Of a stretch of DNA of 64,000 nucleotides, positions 60,857 through 64,000 are shown piece after piece. The position numbers were made by a program, and so were the translations under genes. The stretch comes from Prosthecobacter sp. (lineage in GTDB: Bacteria; Verrucomicrobiota; Verrucomicrobiia; Verrucomicrobiales; Verrucomicrobiaceae): the NCBI RefSeq assembly GCF_014879935.1, contig NZ_JACSRD010000202.1, positions 4,572-68,571 of the forward strand, read 5' to 3'. Under the pieces are notes generated by a model. The model saw only the letters and a list, made by a program, of their open reading frames with translations. It made no database searches and was not told the origin of the DNA. Within the stretch, counting starts at the first letter, position 1. Each line of letters starts with the position of its first letter.

Positions 60857-63800
60857 TCAAGACTCAGCCATTTCGTCGTGCAGGACCTGGCGGAGCGCCC
60901 GCAGGATGGTCTCCGCCGTGTACGGTTTAGGCAGAAACTGGCGTGCGCCTGCCTCAGCCGACTTCTTCATGCCGCCGTGCGCGGTGACGCCACTGGCGGC
61001 GATGATGCGGACCTGCGGATTCATTTTCACCAGCACCTGGATCGTGGTGGCCCCGTCCATGACCGGCATGGCCATGTCAGTCAACACGACGGCGATGTCG
61101 TTCGTGTGCTTGGAATAAAGCGTCACGGCCTCGGCACCGTCTGCGGCCAGGAGCGTGCGGTAGCCGTAGGCGCTGAGCGTCTGGCGGGTGATCTCCCGCA
61201 CGGCCGCCTCATCGTCGATGACGAGGACGAGCTCGTTGTTGCCACGCGGCAGGGGCTGTTCATCGATCTCCGGCGTCTGCTCGGTCGATGGAGGCAGGGC
61301 AGGGAGGTAAACCGTGAATCGCGTGCCATGGCCGGGTTCGCTTCGCACGCGGACGAATCCGCCGTGGCTTTTCACGATGGCCAGCGAGGTGGAAAGACCC
61401 AGTCCCGTGCCTTTTCCGGGAGGCTTCGTGGTGAAAAACGGATCGAAGATCTTCGGCGGCACGTCCTGGGCGATGCCGACGCCCTCGTCCTCCACTCCGA
61501 TGACGATGTGCGGGCCTTCGCGGGCCTCGATGTTCATCGTCGCATACTGCGAGTCGATCATGACGAGGGTGGTGTCCACCGTGAGCTTGCCTCCGGCAGG
61601 CATCGCATCACGGGCATTCACGCAAAGGTTCAGCAGCACCTGATGGATCTGCGTGGCGTCTCCGGACAGCATCCACTCATCCGGCGGCGTCTGCAGGTGC
61701 AGATCGATGTTCTTCGGGAACGTGTCCTGCACAATGCGGCCGAGGTCGTTCAGCAGCCGGCTGATGGAGACGGGCATGCTCTGGCCTTCCATGCCGCGTG
61801 CAAAGGAGAGCACCTGGCTGAGCATCTCGGCCCCGCGCTGGGCGCTGCTGGCGATCACCCGCAAGGTGTCCCGGCTGGCTTCGTCGTTGATGCGCCGCTT
61901 CAGCAAGTCCACCGACATCAGGATCGGCGTCAGGACGTTGTTCAAGTCGTGGGCGATGCCGCCGGCCAGCGTGCCGATGCTGTCCATGCGCTGCGCACGG
62001 ATCATCTGGTCCTCCAGCCGTTTCTTCTCCGTCACGTCCTTGTTGATGGCCAGGATGCACTTTGGTCGGTCGGCGGCGTCCCGCACGAGGGTCCAACTGC
62101 CTTCCACCACGACCTCGTGGCCGGTTTTCGTCATCTGGCGCACTTCACCCTTCCATTCCCCATCGATCATGAGGCGCTGGAACTTTTGATGAAATGGAGT
62201 GGCGTCCTGATAGAGGAGATCGCAGGCTTTGCGTCCGACGGCCTCCGCCGCTGTCCAGCCGTAGAGATCCTCGGCGCCTTTGTTCCAGTAGGTGATCGTG
62301 TGGTCGAGGTCGCGCACGAGAATGGCATCATTGGCCTTGTCGAGCAGCGAGGCCTGCTGGCGCAGGGTCTCCTCGATCTGCCGATGTTCCCACTGGGACA
62401 TTACCAGCGAGATGAAATTTGCCATCGAGAGCGCAAAACTTTGATCCTCCGCCGTCCATTCGCGTCTTGAGCCCACATGTTCCTGGCAGAGCACACCCAC
62501 GAGGGCGCCGCCGGCATGGAGAGGAGCGTCCAGCATCGAGGTGATGCCGAGCGGTTGGAGGTAGTTGTCCGCAAACTCGCAAGTGCGCGGATCGCGGCAG
62601 GCGTCGGACGCGGAGATGAGCTCGTTCTCCTCCATGGCCCGGAAATACGCAGGATAGGCGGCGGCGGGCAGGCGCAGACCGGTGGCATGGCTTCCCGGAG
62701 TGGCTTCAAACAACTCCTGGCAGACGATGGCGTCGCGTTCCGGGGAGTAACGCCAGATGCTGACGCGTTCCACCTCCGCCACATGGGCGATCTCCGCGGC
62801 GATGACGCGGAACGCCTCGTCCAGGCTGCCGGCCTGCAAGACGCCGCCGCGCATCAGCCTGGCGATGGCCGCGTGCCGCTTTTCGTGCCGCTTCGAGCGC
62901 AGCAGCAGCCTTTCCTCCGCCTCCCTGCGGATGGTGATGTCCCGCTGAATGGCCACGAAGTGAGTGACGCGGCCGTCTTCGCCCCGGATCGGGACCACAT
63001 CGATGTCCAGGATGACTCGCGAGCCATCCTTGGCATAATTGACGAGTTCCTCCCTGACCGGGCATCCGGCGGTGAGAGCGGTCCGGATGCGGTCGAGTGC
63101 CTGCCGGTCGGTGTCCGTTCCCTGGAGGAATCGTGGGCTGCGCCCGATTGTCTCCTCCAGCGTGTAACCCATGCGCCGTGTGAAGGCCTCATTGACGAAG
63201 ACGATGCGCGGGCCTGGCTCGTCGAGCGGAAACGCCTCGGTGATCAACACCACGTCGTTGAAATGGGCCACGCACGTTTCCAGCAGGCGGAGCTGCTCCC
63301 GGTTCCGAAGTGTCTCCGTGATGTCTTTGCACAGCACGAGCATGTGGAGGACCGAGCCGTCCTCTTCATTGCGGATGGCGGACACGCAGTTCTCCACCCA
63401 GGCGATGCCGCCCTCTTTGCGCAGATAACGCTTCTCGACGACGAAATCGTCGATTTCACCGGCCACGAGCTGCTGATTCAGCTCCAGCTTCCGTTTCACA
63501 TCATCAGGATGGGTGATGGCGGCAAAGGAGGTGCCCACCAGCTCATCCTCACCATAGCCGGTGATCTCACAGTAATGGCTGTTGATGTGAAGGATGACGC
63601 CTTTCGTGTCGGTGATGGCGAAACCGACGCTGGCGTTGGCAAAGGCGAGGTGGAACTGCGATTCTCCGCCGCTCTTGAAGGCCTCCTCGGCGGCCTTGCG
63701 TTCCGTGATGTCGAGCGCCGTGCCGACCATGCGCAGCGGCCTGCCGGTCTGCTCGTCGAGGCAGAGCCTGGCATCCTCATGGATGTGACGGATCTCCCCC

Positions 63801-64000
63801 GACGGAAGGATGATCCGGTGGTCCAGCGAATAGTGGCCGTGGGTGCGCAAGGTGCGGCTCACCGCCTCGCGCACGAGTTGGCGGTCCTCGGGATGGACGG
63901 CCTGGAAAAAGGTTTCGTTGGAGGGTTCGATGCCGCCCACCTCGTGGCCGAAGATGCGATAGATCTCATCCGACCAGCGCAGCCGGTTGCGGTTCATGTC
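60857..64000 (-). CDS. Multi-PAS/GAF hybrid sensor histidine kinase with a C-terminal receiver (paralog of 56696..60850); N-terminus lies beyond the right edge
   Basis: The track starts at ATG 63997, but that Met sits in the middle of a PAS unit (RLRWSDEIYRIFGHE..) and the frame is still open at 64000. The core is closely similar to its neighbour: RMDSIGTLAGGIAHDLNNVLTPI, LNLCVNARDAM, FDPFFTTK, GTGLGLS. REC: LVLVIDDEAAVR..VLTDMAMPVMDG. Confidence 0.85.
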   Translation of the reverse strand, partial: DMNRNRLRWSDEIYRIFGHEVGGIEPSNETFFQAVHPEDRQLVREAVSRTLRTHGHYSLDHRIILPSGEIRHIHEDARLCLDEQTGRPLRMVGTALDITERKAAEEAFKSGGESQFHLAFANASVGFAITDTKGVILHINSHYCEITGYGEDELVGTSFAAITHPDDVKRKLELNQQLVAGEIDDFVVEKRYLRKEGGIAWVENCVSAIRNEEDGSVLHMLVLCKDITETLRNREQLRLLETCVAHFNDVVLITEAFPLDEPGPRIVFVNEAFTRRMGYTLEETIGRSPRFLQGTDTDRQALDRIRTALTAGCPVREELVNYAKDGSRVILDIDVVPIRGEDGRVTHFVAIQRDITIRREAEERLLLRSKRHEKRHAAIARLMRGGVLQAGSLDEAFRVIAAEIAHVAEVERVSIWRYSPERDAIVCQELFEATPGSHATGLRLPAAAYPAYFRAMEENELISASDACRDPRTCEFADNYLQPLGITSMLDAPLHAGGALVGVLCQEHVGSRREWTAEDQSFALSMANFISLVMSQWEHRQIEETLRQQASLLDKANDAILVRDLDHTITYWNKGAEDLYGWTAAEAVGRKACDLLYQDATPFHQKFQRLMIDGEWKGEVRQMTKTGHEVVVEGSWTLVRDAADRPKCILAINKDVTEKKRLEDQMIRAQRMDSIGTLAGGIAHDLNNVLTPILMSVDLLKRRINDEASRDTLRVIASSAQRGAEMLSQVLSFARGMEGQSMPVSISRLLNDLGRIVQDTFPKNIDLHLQTPPDEWMLSGDATQIHQVLLNLCVNARDAMPAGGKLTVDTTLVMIDSQYATMNIEAREGPHIVIGVEDEGVGIAQDVPPKIFDPFFTTKPPGKGTGLGLSTSLAIVKSHGGFVRVRSEPGHGTRFTVYLPALPPSTEQTPEIDEQPLPRGNNELVLVIDDEAAVREITRQTLSAYGYRTLLAADGAEAVTLYSKHTNDIAVVLTDMAMPVMDGATTIQVLVKMNPQVRIIAASGVTAHGGMKKSAEAGARQFLPKPYTAETILRALRQVLHDEMAES

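Noticed and set aside
1-64000. Mobile genetic elements, prophage, toxin-antitoxin or phage-defence systems, rRNA genes
   Set aside because: No transposase, integrase, recombinase, phage structural, nuclease/helicase defence-type or small paired TA-like ORFs were recognisable on either strand. Every sizeable ORF with family resemblance belongs to polysaccharide biosynthesis or two-component/partner-switch signalling.

Overview
GC-rich bacterial chromosomal segment from a diderm organism. Most start codons lack a GGAGG Shine-Dalgarno and sit behind C/U-rich leaders. That fits a PVC-type lineage such as Verrucomicrobiota, but taxonomy cannot be settled from this window. Almost the whole 64 kb is one surface-polysaccharide super-locus. 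I call 48 CDS, 43 of them on the minus strand. Contents: 16 glycosyltransferase genes carrying 18 GT domains (GT4, GT2, GT26); two Wzx-type flippases; two Wzy/O-antigen-ligase-type membrane proteins; two Wza-like (OPX) export modules, one of them fused to a Wzc-like co-polymerase with a degenerate kinase domain; two intact phosphoglycosyl transferases (PGT) and one degenerate PGT; three hexapeptide acetyltransferases; one membrane acyltransferase_3 (missing from the ORF track because it is open at the left edge); two FkbM-type methyltransferases; UDP-glucose dehydrogenase; UDP-xylose synthase; a TupA-like ATP-grasp enzyme; a GlnD-like nucleotidyltransferase. Signalling genes are interleaved: a LuxR-type response regulator; a Cache-type histidine kinase; a SypA/SypE-like partner-switching module (STAS protein, fused RsbW-like kinase-GAF-PP2C, stand-alone receiver) inside the priming-transferase operon; an H-NOX nitric-oxide sensor coupled to an HNOBA-PAS-GAF hybrid kinase; and, at the right end, a degenerate hybrid kinase, a CheY-like regulator and two convergent paralogous multi-PAS/GAF hybrid kinases. 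Best leads at the DNA level: (1) a ~20-nt motif present 8 times, always in the same orientation and 33-56 nt upstream of minus-strand operon starts in the first 30 kb; (2) 7-nt and 8-nt tandem arrays that fill two intergenic regions and straddle a start codon and a stop codon; (3) a cluster of six hairpins beside a tRNA-like fragment in a convergent gap. I found no transposase, integrase, CRISPR array, rRNA or functional tRNA. Many ORF-track starts are over-extended (TTG/GTG starts and Arg/Pro-rich extensions typical of GC-rich DNA), so I re-set them to internal ATGs where protein-family N-termini and start/stop overlaps supported it.
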